DNA from: Leucoraja ocellata
Lineage: Eukaryota
Direction of reading: 5' to 3'
NCBI GenBank assembly: GCA_036785375.1
Contig: JAWMAR010000269.1
Coordinates: 744,001-808,000, forward strand
DNA: 64,000 bases
Shown: in pieces, positions 63,371 to 64,000 of the stretch
Layout of the letters: each line of letters begins with the position of its first letter
Position numbering within the stretch: position 1 is the stretch's first letter
Program-made: the position numbers and the translations under genes
The notes under the pieces: model-generated
What the model saw: only the letters and a program-made list of their open reading frames with translations
Told to the model about the DNA's origin: nothing
Database searches by the model: none

Positions 63371-64000
63371 GGGTACCGTTTGCATGAGCTTATTTATTGG
63401 AGGACAGATGCTATAGTTTTCCCATTAGCTCTGAATATTAGTTTAATTCCCAAGGGAAGTTTAATGGAGAGCGTGTGTAACTTATAATGGGAAAGAATGA
63501 AAAGCTGTCAGCAATGACACAGGCTTTGCTGGACACTTTTGCTGATATTGGATCTGTTGTGGATTCATTGGTTAGGATCAAGGCCTGCATGTATCCAGTC
63601 AAATGTAATGAGAATGCTCCACACTCCCTCCTGACTAATGGAGTCAAATATTTTAATGAAGTTGAAAAGGAACATTGGCTCCATTCATTTCGCCTGAAGT
63701 TATTGGACAGTAAAAACATCTCCTCTGTGCTTCTTAGTGGAACAAAACCACACCAAAGTTGAGGAACAGCTCTCTGGTCACAAGAAGGACGCAGTCAAAG
63801 AGGATCTTGGTATTGCCTTTCCCTGTTGCAGGTGGCAGTATGAACTCTTATGTTTACTTTTGAACTTTATTCCTTTCTTGTTGAGTTTAAGGATTATAAC
63901 ATCGCCGATGATCCCTGATATATTCTTTTCTTACATGGTGGTGGCAGTGAGATTGTAGACTTGTAACTGTTTGTCTTTACTGCCAAGTTTTGGAAGCAGA

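Noticed and set aside
63487-63762. 91-aa ORF
   Set aside because: No recognisable homology; probably chance or a very old repeat.

Overview
This is non-coding, repeat-dominated vertebrate DNA. It is most consistent with a cartilaginous fish (skate/ray/shark), based on HE1/V-SINE-type tRNA-derived SINEs that share a 3' tail with CR1 LINEs, plus abundant Rex1/Babar and Penelope relics. No complete host gene is visible; there is only a tentative three-exon chain on the minus strand (12711 to 5755). The main objects are: (1) a 4.9-kb non-autonomous DIRS1-type tyrosine-recombinase retrotransposon (33257-38203) with perfectly complementary termini/ICR, decayed ORFs, a near-perfect 5' half of U2 snRNA plus a second older U2 piece, and repeated splice donor/acceptor cassettes; (2) a full-length U6 snRNA/LINE-1 3'-end chimera with a 14-bp target-site duplication (30744-31981); (3) a young, 5'-truncated CR1 with an uninterrupted ~2.7-kb ORF2 joined to a Helitron-like repeat that has promoter-like motifs; (4) about 20 Penelope-LTR-derived hammerhead-ribozyme motifs, many in tail-to-tail palindromes; (5) a nested Rex1 cluster, two Harbinger-type MITEs sharing TIRs, a foldback element and two local templated duplications. 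All calls come from reading the sequence by eye, with no database searches. Boundaries of old fragments are approximate.
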